In this document: piece after piece, positions 63,809-64,000 of the stretch
How the letters are laid out: every line of letters begins with the position of its first letter
Position numbering within the stretch: position 1 is the stretch's first letter
IMG/VR virus record: IMGVR_UViG_3300045391_004184
Coordinates: 1-64,000 of that record
DNA from: a virus
Strand: one strand, 5' to 3'
Length of the DNA: 64,000 bases
Made by a program: the position numbers and the translations under genes
Notes under the pieces: model-generated
Told to the model about the DNA's origin: nothing
Database searches by the model: none
Seen by the model: only the letters and a program-made list of their open reading frames with translations

Positions 63809-64000
63809 AGGATCTTTTCCAATTCATTAATATACAATTCTGGTGTTAAACTTTTAATTAAAGAATCATTTCCTAAATAAGATTTTCTATAATCATGTTC
63901 CATTATAAAATCATATCTGCTTTGAAAAAATTTTTCAGGTTCCGATTCTGGAGGAACAACTGGATAATAGTTCCATCCCATAATATTGTTTCTATAGGGC
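63805..64000 (-). CDS. hypothetical protein, 5' end outside window
   Basis: Minus-strand frame is open from the window edge to the TGA at 63807..63805. C-terminus ...SLTPELYINELEKIL. Confidence 0.45.
   Translation of the reverse strand, partial: PYRNNIMGWNYYPVVPPESEPEKFFQSRYDFIMEHDYRKSYLGNDSLIKSLTPELYINELEKIL

Noticed and set aside
1-64000. Prophage or lysogeny functions (integrase, repressor, att sites).
   Set aside because: None were recognised in the window. Nothing can be said about the unseen remainder of the genome.

Overview
This window looks like a large piece of an AT-rich tailed-phage genome (G+C about one third by eye, not computed). It has no rRNA, tRNA, CRISPR array, integrase or reverse transcriptase that I can see. 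It has two convergent arms that meet, and overlap by 57 nt, at about 36.2 kb. PLUS ARM (1-36250), packaging and virion genes in a roughly T7-like order: a possible small terminase, terL, portal, and an unusual block of about seven beta-rich virion proteins built from shared modules. These are followed by a lytic transglycosylase, scaffold, major capsid protein with a clean intrinsic terminator, three fibre-like genes, and a 512-aa and a 1537-aa tail protein sharing a repeated small beta domain. The arm ends with Q-rich/acidic/Gly-rich internal (ejection) proteins with an embedded GNAT. Two HNH-type endonuclease paralogs sit in this arm, and one is fused to a Mom-like (GNAT-fold) domain. A 13-14 nt motif, TTTAACAACTATA(T/A), occurs seven times in plus-arm intergenic gaps and is probably a phage-specific promoter. 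MINUS ARM (36194-64000): about 75 tightly packed genes joined by ATGA, TAATG or GTGA overlaps. They include an envelope/lysis-like cluster with a membrane-anchored trypsin-like protease behind a sigma70-like promoter. They also include a replication, recombination and nucleotide module: AEP primase-SF4 helicase fusion, family B DNA polymerase split into two genes, DnaQ-like exonuclease, ERF, RecA-like ATPase, two MazG-like enzymes, a MoxR ATPase + VWA/metallopeptidase pair, an AAA+ ATPase, a TylF-type methyltransferase and a pyruvyl-transferase-like protein. The most unusual feature is a family of 19 small genes with different N-termini. All end in the same C-terminal helix, H-x3-F-x2-K-M-x2-(L/F)-L-K, which is fused to the start codon of the next gene. 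Members bracket almost every enzyme gene, and one sits inside the polymerase split. All functional calls come from motifs read by eye and no database search was possible.
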